Assembly: GCA_963839635.1 (NCBI GenBank)
Contig: CAWIVT010000007.1
Coordinates: 31,506 to 95,505 of the forward strand
Source of the DNA: an uncultured Chloroflexia bacterium
GTDB taxonomy: Bacteria > Chloroflexota > Limnocylindria > QHBO01
Direction: 5' to 3'
DNA length: 64,000 bases
Shown here: positions 29,491 to 39,286 of the stretch, in pieces
Position numbering within the stretch: position 1 is the first letter of the stretch
Layout: every line of letters begins with the position of its first letter
Made by a program: the position numbers and the translations under genes
The notes under the pieces: model-generated
What the model was told of the DNA's origin: nothing
Seen by the model: the letters and a program-made list of their open reading frames with translations, nothing else
Databases searched by the model: none

Positions 29491-29622
29491 GGGCGCTGTC
29501 TCGGGCGACGCGGGCCGCTCGGAGATGTTCGTACCTCCAGTCTGCTGTGCGATGCGGCTTGAGAGCGTACTTCGAACCGGATCGGCGAGGCGACCGGGCC
29601 CCACCCATCTACTATCGTCCGT

Positions 29623-30762
29623 ATGTCATCCGAACGACCTGCGCCAAGCCGCCAAGCTGAACGCCATCCGCCCAGCCGGTGGGCCATCGGGATCGCCGCA
29701 CTCCTCATCGGCGCGGCCGCCGCGTGCTCACCCGCCGCCACGGCATCGCCCAGCGCCAGCGTCAGTCCCTCTCCCAGCCCAACCGAGAGCGAGAGCCCGT
29801 CGCCAACCGGCAGCCCCGGCCCCACCGCCGCATGTCCCCTTGACGGCGAGCCGCTGGCCGAGGGGACCGAGCTCGTCGAGCCCGCCCTCGTCGTTCAGAT
29901 CGAGAACGACCCGGCTGCCCGGCCCGCCCGCAACCTGACCCGGGCCGACATCGTCATCGAGACGCTCGTCGAGGGCGACGTGACGCGCTTCAGCGCCATC
30001 TTCCTGTGCGACGAGACCGAGGGCCTCACCGGCTCGATCCGAAGCGCGCGCTACCACAACATCGACCTCTGGCAGGACATCGGCGTCCTGACGGTCGGCT
30101 TCGGCGCAAGTGACGGTGCGCTGGAGCGGTTCGCGGATGCCGGCATGCCCTATCCGAATGGGAACGACGGAGGCTGGCCCTGGTACGAGCGGACCAGCGA
30201 CCGAGAGGCGCCGCACAACGTCTACGTCGACCTCGAGGCACTGCGCGCCGACCTGAGTCAGGACGAGCGTCTCATCGCGCTCGCCGACGCGGTCGACGAG
30301 CTCCGGCCACCGTGGACGTTCAGCGAGGACGCTGCTCTGCCCGACGAGGCGCGCGACGTGACCTCGCTGGACATCCGCACGAACAGCTTCTGGGAGTTCG
30401 GCTGGACGTGGGACGCCGACCTCGGCGCCTACCGCCGCAGCGACGCCGGCGAGGAGATCGACGACGAGGCCACCGACGAGCCGCTCGCGTTCACCTCGCT
30501 GATCGTGCAGCGGGTGACGCAGGAGGTCGTCACCGGCGATCCCGATCCCGGCGGCTTCGATCGGCGGCTCCAGCACCTCGTCGGCAGCGGCGAGGGGGTG
30601 CTCTATACGCAGGGTCGGGCCGTCGAGATCAGCTGGGAGCGGCCGACCGCCGAGGATCGGACGACCTGGACCTTCACGGCCACCGGTGAGCCGGTCGTGC
30701 TGTTGCCGGGCGAGGTCTGGTGGCACATCCTGCCGCACGAGTCGGTCGTCACCGAGGGCTGA
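29623..30762 (+). CDS. DUF3048 (YerB-like) domain lipoprotein, paralogue 1
   Basis: Lipobox-like LLIGAAAAC, a Ser/Pro/Thr linker (29728-29829), then the DUF3048 core: VVQIENDPAARPARNLTRADIVIETLVEGDVTRFSAIFLCDE...IRSARYHNIDLW. Confidence 0.75.
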   Translation: MSSERPAPSRQAERHPPSRWAIGIAALLIGAAAACSPAATASPSASVSPSPSPTESESPSPTGSPGPTAACPLDGEPLAEGTELVEPALVVQIENDPAARPARNLTRADIVIETLVEGDVTRFSAIFLCDETEGLTGSIRSARYHNIDLWQDIGVLTVGFGASDGALERFADAGMPYPNGNDGGWPWYERTSDREAPHNVYVDLEALRADLSQDERLIALADAVDELRPPWTFSEDAALPDEARDVTSLDIRTNSFWEFGWTWDADLGAYRRSDAGEEIDDEATDEPLAFTSLIVQRVTQEVVTGDPDPGGFDRRLQHLVGSGEGVLYTQGRAVEISWERPTAEDRTTWTFTATGEPVVLLPGEVWWHILPHESVVTEG

Positions 30763-31803
30763 CTACTTGACGGTGGTTCCGGCCTCGAGCCGCGCCCCGT
30801 ACTGCCGCGCGTAATAGGCCCGGTATTCGCCGCTCTTCAACGGACGCCACCAGTCCTCGCGATCGCGGTACCACTCGACGGTCGCGCGCAGCGCCTCCTC
30901 GAAGGAGTGCGCCGGCTCCCAGCCGAGCGCCCGCAGCCTCGAACAGTCGACCGAGTAGCGCCGGTCGTGGCCCGCTCGATCCTCGACGCGCCGGACGAGC
31001 GTCATCGGCTTCCCGAGGAGCTCGAGGACGGTTCGAGTGAGGTCGATGTTGGTCAGCTCGTTGCCGCCGCCGACGTTGTAGATCAGCCCCGGCTCGCCGC
31101 GTTCCAGGACGAGCTCGAGCGCGTCGGAGTGGTCGTCGACGTAGAGCCAGTCGCGCACCTGGAGGCCGTCGCCGTAGAGTGGGAGCGGCTCGTCATCGAT
31201 GGCATTCGTGATGAAGAGCGGAACGACCTTCTCCGGATACTGGTGCGGCCCGAAGTTGTTGCTTGCGCGGGTGAGGAGCGTCGGCAGGCCATATGTCGTG
31301 AAGTAGGCGCCAACGAGCAGGTCGCCGCCTGCCTTGCTCGCCGAGTACGGACTTCGCGGCTTGAGCGGATCGGCCTCCGTCGAGCTCCCGGTCGGAACGT
31401 TGCCGTAGACCTCATCCGTGCTGATCTGGAGGTAGCGCTGATGGCCGTGGCGGCGCGCGGCCTCGAGCAGCACGAACGTGCCGTACACGTCGGTCCGGAT
31501 GAAGGCGTCGGGCTCCTCGATACTGCGGTCGACGTGCGACTCGGCGGCGAAGTTGACGATCGCGTCCACGTCGGCGGCAAGGCCGTCGACCACCGCCTCG
31601 TCGGCGATGTCACCCTGCACGAACGTGAATCGAGGGTCGGCATCGACCTCGGCCAGGTTGGCGAGATTGCCGGCGTAGGTCAGCTTGTCGAGCACCGTGA
31701 CGCTCACGTCGGGATGGCGGTCGAGCACCCGTCGCACGAATGCCGAGCCGATGAAGCCGGCGCCCCCGGTGACGAGCAGCCGCGCCGGCAGGCGTGGGCT
31801 CAT
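30763..31803 (-). CDS. rmlB: dTDP-glucose 4,6-dehydratase
   Basis: LLVTGGAGFIGSAFV...STDEVYG...YSASKAGGDLL...RASNNFGPHQYPEK. 346 aa, intact. Confidence 0.9.
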   Translation of the reverse strand: MSPRLPARLLVTGGAGFIGSAFVRRVLDRHPDVSVTVLDKLTYAGNLANLAEVDADPRFTFVQGDIADEAVVDGLAADVDAIVNFAAESHVDRSIEEPDAFIRTDVYGTFVLLEAARRHGHQRYLQISTDEVYGNVPTGSSTEADPLKPRSPYSASKAGGDLLVGAYFTTYGLPTLLTRASNNFGPHQYPEKVVPLFITNAIDDEPLPLYGDGLQVRDWLYVDDHSDALELVLERGEPGLIYNVGGGNELTNIDLTRTVLELLGKPMTLVRRVEDRAGHDRRYSVDCSRLRALGWEPAHSFEEALRATVEWYRDREDWWRPLKSGEYRAYYARQYGARLEAGTTVK

Positions 31804-32597
31804 CTCGACGCACCCGGGGTATAGGACTCCGCGTCCACCTCGCGGCGATCGTGACCGGTCTCGACCGGCATCTCACCGGCAAAGGTCGCCCCGAACGTGT
31901 TCGCCTCGAGAAGCGACTCGATCGTCCCGGCATCCTGCCACTCGCCCTCGAACACCGTGTGGACCAGGCTCCCCGCCCGCAGGTAGTGGTTGAGGAGGTC
32001 CGTGATCTCGAACTCGCCACGTGCGGACGGCGTGAGCCGCGCGATGATGCCGAAGACCGACGGTCGAAACAGGTAGACGCCGATCGGGATCAGGTTGCTC
32101 TTCGGGATCTCCGGCTTTTCCTCGAAGCCGATGACCCGCCCATCACCGTCGAGCTCGGCAACCCCGAACCGCTCCGGATCGGGGACCTCCTTCAGGACGG
32201 CGCCCGCGCCGGCGTCGGACGCCACGAAGCTCGCCGCGAACTCCGCCAGCGAGCCGTGAAGGATGTTGTCACCAAGCACGATGGCGATCGGGTCCTCTCC
32301 GGCGAACTCGCGTGCCAGGCCGATGGCGTGCGCGATGCCCAGCGCTCCGCGCTGGTAGCGGTAGGTCAGGTTGAGCCCGATGTCGGATCCGTCGTGCAGG
32401 AGCTCGAGGATGTCGCCGACCGAGCGTCCGCCCACCACCACCAGGACCTCATCGCAGCCCATCTCCTTCAGGGCGCGCAGGGGGTGATAGATCATCGGGC
32501 GGTCGAAGACGGGCAGGAGGTGCTTGTTCGTGACGAGCGTCAGTGGGAAGAGGCGTGAGCCGCTCCCGCCGGCGAGTACGACGCCCTTCAGGGCCAT
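31800..32597 (-). CDS. rmlA: glucose-1-phosphate thymidylyltransferase (short nucleotidyltransferase form)
   Basis: MALKGVVLAGGSGSRLFPLT...KHLLPV...LGDNI...EKP. ATGA overlap with rmlB. ATG at 32597 is preferred over the track start at 32636. Confidence 0.8.
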   Translation of the reverse strand: MALKGVVLAGGSGSRLFPLTLVTNKHLLPVFDRPMIYHPLRALKEMGCDEVLVVVGGRSVGDILELLHDGSDIGLNLTYRYQRGALGIAHAIGLAREFAGEDPIAIVLGDNILHGSLAEFAASFVASDAGAGAVLKEVPDPERFGVAELDGDGRVIGFEEKPEIPKSNLIPIGVYLFRPSVFGIIARLTPSARGEFEITDLLNHYLRAGSLVHTVFEGEWQDAGTIESLLEANTFGATFAGEMPVETGHDRREVDAESYTPGASR

Positions 32598-32692
32598 GCT
32601 GCCTCCTGATGTGCGTACCGTGTCTGCTGCCGGCAATACCCCCGACAGAATATCCGAATCCGGCCAAGCTTCCCCGAGGCGGCCGTCCTCGC

Positions 32693-34006
32693 TCAGGAAC
32701 CGAAGATGCGGTCGGCGAGGCGGCGGATGGCGTCGAGGTCCGGATGCAGGATGTATCCCGCGTTGCTGAACGGCTCGGGGGTGACGTACTGCGGTGGCGC
32801 GAGCACGACCCGATCGAGGCCGTTGAGGTCCGCGTCCTGGCCCTCGGCCGCCAGCTCCGAGATGCGGGCGGAGGGAATGTCGGTGGCCATGTTGTCGCGG
32901 ATCGCGTCGAGCAGGCCGGGTAGGGTCACCAGGAGGTTGCCGGAGGTGAGCTTCTCGGCGATCGCCGTGAGCACCTGCTGCTGCCGCTCGGCGCGGGTGA
33001 AGTCGCTGTCACCCTCCCCCATCCGCGACCGAACGTAGGCAAGGGCGGTGCCTCCGTCGAGGTGATGGAAGCCGGCCTCCAGGTAGAACCCGGTCGTGTT
33101 CGTGAAGGGGTCCTGGAAGAGCGGGTCGTTCACCGTCCGCTCCACCATGACGTCGATCCCGCCGACGGTGTCGATCACCTCTCTGAGGCCGGCAAGGTCG
33201 ATGGCGGCGAAATAGTGGATGCGCGTGCCGAGCAGCTCACCGATCGCCGCCTTGAGCGTGCCGGGGCCTCCGAGAGGGTAGTTCGCCGGGTCGGCGCCGG
33301 CGACCGACATGAGCGAGTTGAGCTTGGCGTTGTAGAGGGTGCCGTCGGGCAGCGGCACGCCGTACAGGTCGCGCGGGACGGAGACCATCGCGCCCTCGCC
33401 GGTCGCGGAGTCGAGGGTCGCGACGAGCATCGTGTCGGTCAGGTGCGTCGTGCGGCCGGGCGCGTAGTCCATCCCGACAAGGAGCACGGTCACCCGCTCG
33501 CCGCGCTGCACCTCCGGCTGGAAGCTGGGCGGCGAGATCGTGACGTCCCTGCCCTCGCGGCGGTCGAAGAGGCCTCCCCCGCCCTCGAGCGACACGCTTT
33601 CGAGCGTATCGATCGCCTTTGTCGCGTAGTACGCCGGGACGGCGTGCATCGCGAGTGTGAGCACGACCAGCACCCCGGTCAGCCAGGTCGGCCAGGTGCG
33701 GAACGTGAATCCCGACCTCGAGCCGTGGGCCTGGAGGATGGCGATCAGCCGCCAGCCGAGGAGCGCCACGTCCAGCACGATCAGGCCGATGAGGATGCCG
33801 GTGTCAAGCAGCCGGCTCAGGAACGAGCCCTGCCCGAGAATCGCCAGGGCACCCACGATGACGAGCAGGACGACAGGCGTGGCAAGGAGGCCAGCCAGCA
33901 GATACTGGCGGTTGTATGCCTGGCCGAAGCCGGGAAAGAGGAACGAGAGCAGCGCGGCCGCCGCTGAGCGCGGATCGGACGGGCGCTCCCGTCGAAAATG
34001 AGTCAC
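32693..34006 (-). CDS. LCP (LytR-CpsA-Psr) family ligase with polytopic N-terminal membrane domain, paralogue 2
   Basis: GTG at 34006 with GGAG 4 nt upstream. N-terminus LLSFLFPGFGQAYNRQY plus 3 more helices. LCP core VTVLLVGMDY...TDTMLVATLD...MVSVPRDL...LAYVRSRMGEGDSDFTRAERQQ. Confidence 0.8.
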   Translation of the reverse strand: MTHFRRERPSDPRSAAAALLSFLFPGFGQAYNRQYLLAGLLATPVVLLVIVGALAILGQGSFLSRLLDTGILIGLIVLDVALLGWRLIAILQAHGSRSGFTFRTWPTWLTGVLVVLTLAMHAVPAYYATKAIDTLESVSLEGGGGLFDRREGRDVTISPPSFQPEVQRGERVTVLLVGMDYAPGRTTHLTDTMLVATLDSATGEGAMVSVPRDLYGVPLPDGTLYNAKLNSLMSVAGADPANYPLGGPGTLKAAIGELLGTRIHYFAAIDLAGLREVIDTVGGIDVMVERTVNDPLFQDPFTNTTGFYLEAGFHHLDGGTALAYVRSRMGEGDSDFTRAERQQQVLTAIAEKLTSGNLLVTLPGLLDAIRDNMATDIPSARISELAAEGQDADLNGLDRVVLAPPQYVTPEPFSNAGYILHPDLDAIRRLADRIFGS

Positions 34007-34150
34007 GGAACTCCGAAAACTGTGCGGCCGGCGGGCAGCGAAGTATAGCCCGATGGGGCCGAAACCCAGACGCCGCGCACCCGCCGCATGTTGCGTCGCT
34101 GGCCCCATCGGGCCATGGCTGCCACCGTCGTTCCGCCTAGTATCCTCCGC

Positions 34151-35326
34151 ATGGCACCGCACCCCTCCTCACCGCTCCGCTCACGCCGCACCCTCATCGC
34201 CGGCGCCGTCGCACTGGCCGCCGTGGTGGTCGGCGTCGTGGTGGCACTCGCGATCTCCAAGCCGCAACCGGTTGCGGCGCCGTCGCCCACACCGTCGCCG
34301 ACGGCCTCGCCCACGCCCACGCCCTCCCCGTCACCCACGCCGTCGCCAACCCCGTCGCCGACGCCAACCCCGTCGCCGACCCCGACGCCGGCCGCGCTCT
34401 GTCCCCTCGACGGCCTGCCTCTCGCCGAGGGAGTCGAGCTCGAGTACCCCGCACTCGCGGTCCAGGTCGAGAATCACCCGGAGGCGCGTCCCGCGCGCAA
34501 CCTGAGCAGGGCGGACATGATCATCGAGGGCACCGTGGAGGGCGATACCACCCGATTCACCGCCATCTACCTGTGCGACTCGACCGACGGCATGACCGGC
34601 CCGGTGCGCAGCGCGCGCTACTACAACGTCGACGTATGGCAGGACCTGCACGTGCTGACCGTCGGGTTCGGCGCGAGCCTCGGCACCCTGGATCGCTTTG
34701 CGGCCGCCGGCATGCCGTATCCCAACGGGATGGACGGGTGGCAGTGGTACCAGCGCTACGGAACGCGCGCGGCGCCCCACAACCTGTACGTCGACCTCGA
34801 GGGCATGCGTGACGGCCTGACCGAGAACACCAGCCTGGCCGCGTTCGCGGCCGGCATCGCGGAGCTGCGTCCTCCGTTCGCCTTCACCACCGAGCCGAAC
34901 CTGCCAGCGGAGAGTCGCCCCGTCGGCGAAGTCGAGATGTGGACGAACGGGTACTGGTTCTTCGCGTTCACATGGGATGCCGACCAGGGCGTCTACCTGC
35001 GCAGCGACTCGGGCGCCTTCATCTCGGACGAGGCCACGGGCGATGCCGTGGCGCCCGTATCGGTCGTCGTGCAGAACGTGACCCAGGAGACCGTGTACGG
35101 CGACCCCGACCCGGGCGGCAACCCGAGGCGGCTCCAGCACCTCGTCGGCAGCGGTGATGGCACGCTCTACACCCAGGGCCGCGCCTATCCCGTCCTCTGG
35201 GAGCGTCCGACCGCGGCCGACGCCACGACGTGGACCTTCGCCGCCACCGGCGAGCCCGTCCAGCTCCCTCCGGGCCAGGTGTGGCTCGAGTTTCTGCCGG
35301 TCGAGGCATCGCTGTTCGAGCGCTGA
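34151..35326 (+). CDS. DUF3048 (YerB-like) domain protein, paralogue 2
   Basis: TM anchor, a 37-aa (Pro-Ser/Thr)n linker encoded at 34280-34390, then the core: AVQVENHPEARPARNLSRADMIIEGTVEGDTTRFTAIYLCDS...VRSARYYNVDVW. Collinear with paralogue 1. Confidence 0.75.
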   Translation: MAPHPSSPLRSRRTLIAGAVALAAVVVGVVVALAISKPQPVAAPSPTPSPTASPTPTPSPSPTPSPTPSPTPTPSPTPTPAALCPLDGLPLAEGVELEYPALAVQVENHPEARPARNLSRADMIIEGTVEGDTTRFTAIYLCDSTDGMTGPVRSARYYNVDVWQDLHVLTVGFGASLGTLDRFAAAGMPYPNGMDGWQWYQRYGTRAAPHNLYVDLEGMRDGLTENTSLAAFAAGIAELRPPFAFTTEPNLPAESRPVGEVEMWTNGYWFFAFTWDADQGVYLRSDSGAFISDEATGDAVAPVSVVVQNVTQETVYGDPDPGGNPRRLQHLVGSGDGTLYTQGRAYPVLWERPTAADATTWTFAATGEPVQLPPGQVWLEFLPVEASLFER

Positions 35327-35347
35327 GGGCAGTCCATACTGCGGCGC

Positions 35348-35878
35348 ATGGAGGAGACGCCGGTCCGCCAGCTGATCGAGGTGGTCGTCGAGATCCCGTC
35401 GGGCAGCCGCAACAAGTACGAGTACGACCACGTGCGGCATCGGTTCGTCCTCGACCGGACCCTGTACTCGAGCGTCCACTACCCGTGCGACTACGGGTTC
35501 ATCGAGGAACTCGATGGCCGATGACGGGGACCCGCTCGACGTGCTCGTCGTGATCGCGGAGCCGACCTTCTCCGGCTGCGTGGTCCGCGCGCGCCCGATC
35601 GGCGTGCTCGACATGGCCGACGAGAAGGGCCACGACTTCAAGATCCTGGCCGTCGCGGCGCGATGACCCGCGCTGGGACGCCATGTCGAGCCTCAAGGAC
35701 CTGTCGCCGCACCGGCTGCTGCGAGATCGAGACTTTCTTCAGGACCTACAAGACGCTCGAGCGAAGGCCGACCGATGTGCGCGGCTGGCTCGACGTCGAG
35801 GACGCGTGGCGGATCATCGACGCGGCGATGACTGCCGGAACCCAGCCCTCGGACGTGGCGCCCGGAACCTGGCGTTGA
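35348..35878 (+). pseudogene. ppa: inorganic pyrophosphatase (family I), three frameshifts as assembled
   Basis: [27 protein letters not shown]...[11 protein letters not shown] reads in one frame and [45 protein letters not shown] in a second. DPRWDAMSSLKDLSPHRLL reads in a third, and EIETFFRTYKTLE...GW in the frame of track ORF 35663-35878. Switches are near 35510, 35660 and 35735. Confidence 0.8.
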
Positions 35879-37104
35879 GTCGAGACCGGGCTGCGGGGCA
35901 GCCTGCCGCGCGAGGGCGCCTGCGCTTCGTGATCCTGGTATGGGGGCTCGTTCCGGGCGGAACCCTGAGCGTGCTGCGCGACTGGGTCCCGCGCCTGGCG
36001 GAGCGCGGTGACGTGTCCGTCGTCAGCCTCGGGCCGAACCGCGCGACGCTCGGAGTCCCGACGGTCACGATTGGCGGTCGCTGGAGCCATCCGTTCAGAT
36101 TCCCGAATGCGCTCGGGTACGTGGTGCGGATGACCATGGCCGCCGTTCGCGCTTCGCGTGGGAACGGGCGGGCCGTGCTCGTGCCGCAGGACGCGCTGGC
36201 GACCGGTGCAGCCGCGGTGATTACGGGCATGCTCACCGGCGCCCACGTCGCCGTCATGGAGCACGGATCCGCCGAGGCGGTCGAGACGGATCGCTTCTGG
36301 CGAGAGCGGAGCGGGGACGGCGGCACGCTCGCGGCGGCGCGGAACCGCGTCGCGCGGGTCACGCTTCGCTCCCTGAACCGACTGGTACTGCGGCGCATGG
36401 ACGTCGGGCTGATCGCGGGAGACGACGCGGCCGCCGCCTATCGATCCCGGGGGGTCGGCGAGGACCGGCTGCTGCGATATCGGTTCGGTGTCGACCTGGA
36501 CCGATTTCACCCGGCCACGGAGGCGGAGCGCGACGACGCCCGGCGTCGCTGGGGCATCGATCCCGCATGGAGGGTCGTGCTCAGCGTCGGCAGGCTCGCA
36601 CCCGAGAAGGGATTCGAGGACCTCCTCGCTGCGCTCGCCGGCGCCCCCGAGGACCTCGAGCTGCACCTCGTCATCGCGGGAGACGGCCCGCTCCGCGGGG
36701 AGCTCGAGCGCGCCGCCACGACGGCGGGCGTCACCGTCAATTTCGTCGGGCGTCTCGAGCCCGACGAGGTCGCATCGGTCATGCATGCGGCCGACTGCTT
36801 CGCGTACACGGCGCAGCGCGGAGCCAACACGCCGTACGCCGTCCTCGAGGCGATGGCCACAGGCCTGCCGGTGGTCGCCACCTCGGCCCCGGCAGTCCAT
36901 CGGTCGATGCTCGCTGACGGGCGCGGGATCGCTGTCGAGCCGGGAGATCGCGAGGCCATCCGCGCCGGAATCGTCCGGTACCTGCGTGACCCGGCGGGCG
37001 CTGCCGCCGCCGGTGCGGCGGCACGGCGCTACGTCGAAGCGAACCACTCACCGGACGAGGTCGACCGGGCGGTCGAGGCTCTCCTGTCCCGCCTCCCGGC
37101 CTGA
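35875..37104 (+). CDS. GT4-family glycosyltransferase
   Basis: E-x7-E region FAYTAQRGANTPYAVLEAMATGLPVVAT. TTG at 35875 overlaps the ppa stop. The track start at 35683 lies inside ppa and is rejected. The exact start is uncertain. Confidence 0.7.
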   Translation: MSRDRAAGQPAARGRLRFVILVWGLVPGGTLSVLRDWVPRLAERGDVSVVSLGPNRATLGVPTVTIGGRWSHPFRFPNALGYVVRMTMAAVRASRGNGRAVLVPQDALATGAAAVITGMLTGAHVAVMEHGSAEAVETDRFWRERSGDGGTLAAARNRVARVTLRSLNRLVLRRMDVGLIAGDDAAAAYRSRGVGEDRLLRYRFGVDLDRFHPATEAERDDARRRWGIDPAWRVVLSVGRLAPEKGFEDLLAALAGAPEDLELHLVIAGDGPLRGELERAATTAGVTVNFVGRLEPDEVASVMHAADCFAYTAQRGANTPYAVLEAMATGLPVVATSAPAVHRSMLADGRGIAVEPGDREAIRAGIVRYLRDPAGAAAAGAAARRYVEANHSPDEVDRAVEALLSRLPA

Positions 37105-37109
37105 GCGCG

Positions 37110-38288
37110 TCAGCGGGCGGGCTTGAGCCGCCGATAGATCTCGAGCAGGGTAGCCTCCGCCGTCGACCAGTTGAAGCGCGTGCGGACGGCCTCGCGACCA
37201 CGCTCGCCATCAGCGGCGCGACGCTCCGGGTCTTCCGTGTATGTGCGGATGGCGGCGGCGAGCGCGCCCACATCGCGCGGGTCGACCGTGATGCCGGCTC
37301 CGGCCTCGTCGACGACCTTGCGCACCTGCGGAAAGTCGCTCGCCACGACCGGCAGGCCCGCCTGCATGTACTGGAACAGCTTGTTCGGCAGCGAGTACCG
37401 GTAGCTGAGCGACGTCGGTGGCACCGGGGAGACGCCGACGGTCGCCGAGGACGCGTACGCGACCACCTCGTCCGGCGGGACGCGCGGCAGCACGTGCACT
37501 CGCGCGGCCACTCCCCGCCGCTTGGCCGCCCTCCTCACCAGCTCGGGATGCTCGGCCGCCCCGAGCAACGCGAGATCGGCGTCCGGGATGCTCGCCATCG
37601 CCGAGATGAGCTGCCCGAGCCCGCGGCCGGTCGTCGCGTTGCCGATGTAGAGGACGAGCGGCGCATCGGGCCGGATCCCTTCCGCCCCCGGGAGGCTTCG
37701 CAGCTCGCGCGGCTGGGTCGGATCGGCCAGGTCCGGGTAGTTCGGCACGACGGCGACCTCGGGCAGGCCGTAGGTGCGCTCGAGGTGCCGGGCGATCGGG
37801 TCGCTGACGGTCATCCAGGCAGCGGCCCCGGGCAGGAATCGGCGCTCGACGCGTCCGTAGTACCAGCGCGTCAGTGCCCAATACAGGCCCGACCGGCCGC
37901 GCCGCACGCGCTCGAGCCACAGCTCGTGCCCGTCGTACACGACCGGTACGCCGAGGGCGCGGCCCACGCTGCCGCCGACGTCGAGCGTCTCGGTGTCGTG
38001 GGCATGGATGATCTCCGGCCGCAGCCGACGGAGCGCCCGCGCGACGCGGCGCCGGTGGACGACGAAGCGCACGAGCGGGGGCCAGCGAGGACGCGCGATA
38101 CGCCGAATGCTCACGCCGTCCCGGACCTCCTCACGTGGCAAGGCGTCGTCTGCCAGCGCCAGGATCGTCACGCGGTAGCCCGCGGTGCGAAGCGACATCG
38201 CTTCCCGCTCGACGCGCGAGTCGTTCGTGTACGGGTTGAGCAGCAGCATCACGACGTGTGGCGCCGGGGAACCCGCGCTCGCGCTCAC
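37110..38288 (-). CDS. GT4-family glycosyltransferase
   Basis: 392 aa. N-terminus VVMLLLNPYTNDSRVEREAMSL. C-terminal half PNKLFQYMQAGLPVVASDF. Intact. Confidence 0.8.
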   Translation of the reverse strand: MSASAGSPAPHVVMLLLNPYTNDSRVEREAMSLRTAGYRVTILALADDALPREEVRDGVSIRRIARPRWPPLVRFVVHRRRVARALRRLRPEIIHAHDTETLDVGGSVGRALGVPVVYDGHELWLERVRRGRSGLYWALTRWYYGRVERRFLPGAAAWMTVSDPIARHLERTYGLPEVAVVPNYPDLADPTQPRELRSLPGAEGIRPDAPLVLYIGNATTGRGLGQLISAMASIPDADLALLGAAEHPELVRRAAKRRGVAARVHVLPRVPPDEVVAYASSATVGVSPVPPTSLSYRYSLPNKLFQYMQAGLPVVASDFPQVRKVVDEAGAGITVDPRDVGALAAAIRTYTEDPERRAADGERGREAVRTRFNWSTAEATLLEIYRRLKPAR

Positions 38289-38329
38289 CCCCTCACCTCA
38301 CCCGCCGGGCCATCCCGGCGGCTCCCCGA

Positions 38330-39283
38330 TCATCCGGGGACGCCGGAGGCGAACCGCTTGGCCTCGCTCTCGAGAATGAGCTTGCGCTCCCGCACCCGAT
38401 CGCGATAGATCGTCGTGACTTCCGCGGGATCGCCCTCGGCGACGATCCCGCCGCGTTCGACGAGGATCGCGCGGTTGCAGAACTCCGTCACGTACCCGAG
38501 GTCATGGGTCACCACCACGACCGCCTTGGCCGTCTTGATGAGCTCGCGGATGCGCGCCTGGCTCTTGGCCCGGAACGTCTGATCACCCGTTCCGAGGACC
38601 TCGTCCAGCAGCAGGATGTCCGGGATCGCCGACGTGGCGATCGAGAAGCCGAGTCGCGCGCGCATGCCGGTCGAGTACGTCCGCAGCGGCGCGTCGATGA
38701 ACGGCCCGATGTCGGCGAACTCGATGATCTCCGGGGTGATGCGCGCCATGTCCTGGTGCGGGATGCCGAGGAAGGCGCCCGCCAGGTCGATGTTGTCGCG
38801 CCCCGTGAGGTCACCATCGAAGCCGGCCCCGATCGTGAGCAGGGTCGAGGTACCGCCGAACATCTCCACCGAGCCCTCGCTCGGGGCGAGGATGCCCGCC
38901 AGCGCGAGGAGCAGCGTCGTCTTGCCGGCGCCGTTCGGACCCATCACGCCGAGGTTGTCACCGTGCTGGATGTCGAGGTCCAGATTGCGGACCGCCCAGA
39001 AGTGGGTCTGCTTCACCTCGTCGCTCCGACGGAGCATGCCGACCAGCGACTGCTTCAGGGTGTTGCGCCGCGTGAGTCGCAGGTTGTATCGGATCCCGAG
39101 GTCGCGGATGCGGACGGCGGGCTGGCCCTCCGGCACGACGTCCTGGCCGTGGCGCTCGATCTCGCGCTCGAACTCGAGGTCCTTGCCCTCGGCCTCGTCC
39201 AGCGCAGCATCCTGCTCGGATGGGCTCGGCGGGGGCTCGTCCAGGATCGGCTCCTTTGCGGCGGGCGTCTGCTTCGACGTCAT
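38330..39283 (-). CDS. polysaccharide/teichoic-acid export ABC transporter ATP-binding protein (Wzt/TagH-like)
   Basis: Walker A GPNGAGKTT, signature YSTGMRARL, Walker B ILLLDEVL. A ~70-aa acidic N-terminal extension. No C-terminal glycan-binding domain. Confidence 0.85.
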   Translation of the reverse strand: MTSKQTPAAKEPILDEPPPSPSEQDAALDEAEGKDLEFEREIERHGQDVVPEGQPAVRIRDLGIRYNLRLTRRNTLKQSLVGMLRRSDEVKQTHFWAVRNLDLDIQHGDNLGVMGPNGAGKTTLLLALAGILAPSEGSVEMFGGTSTLLTIGAGFDGDLTGRDNIDLAGAFLGIPHQDMARITPEIIEFADIGPFIDAPLRTYSTGMRARLGFSIATSAIPDILLLDEVLGTGDQTFRAKSQARIRELIKTAKAVVVVTHDLGYVTEFCNRAILVERGGIVAEGDPAEVTTIYRDRVRERKLILESEAKRFASGVPG

Positions 39284-39286
39284 CGC

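Noticed and set aside
34280-34390. Short periodic repeats (ccgacgcc / ccgtcgcc units), also at 29728-29829 and about 56330-56460, considered as tandem-repeat or CRISPR-like arrays
   Set aside because: They are in-frame (Pro-Ser/Thr)n linker-coding tracts inside the DUF3048 genes. There is no repeat-spacer organisation and no cas genes.
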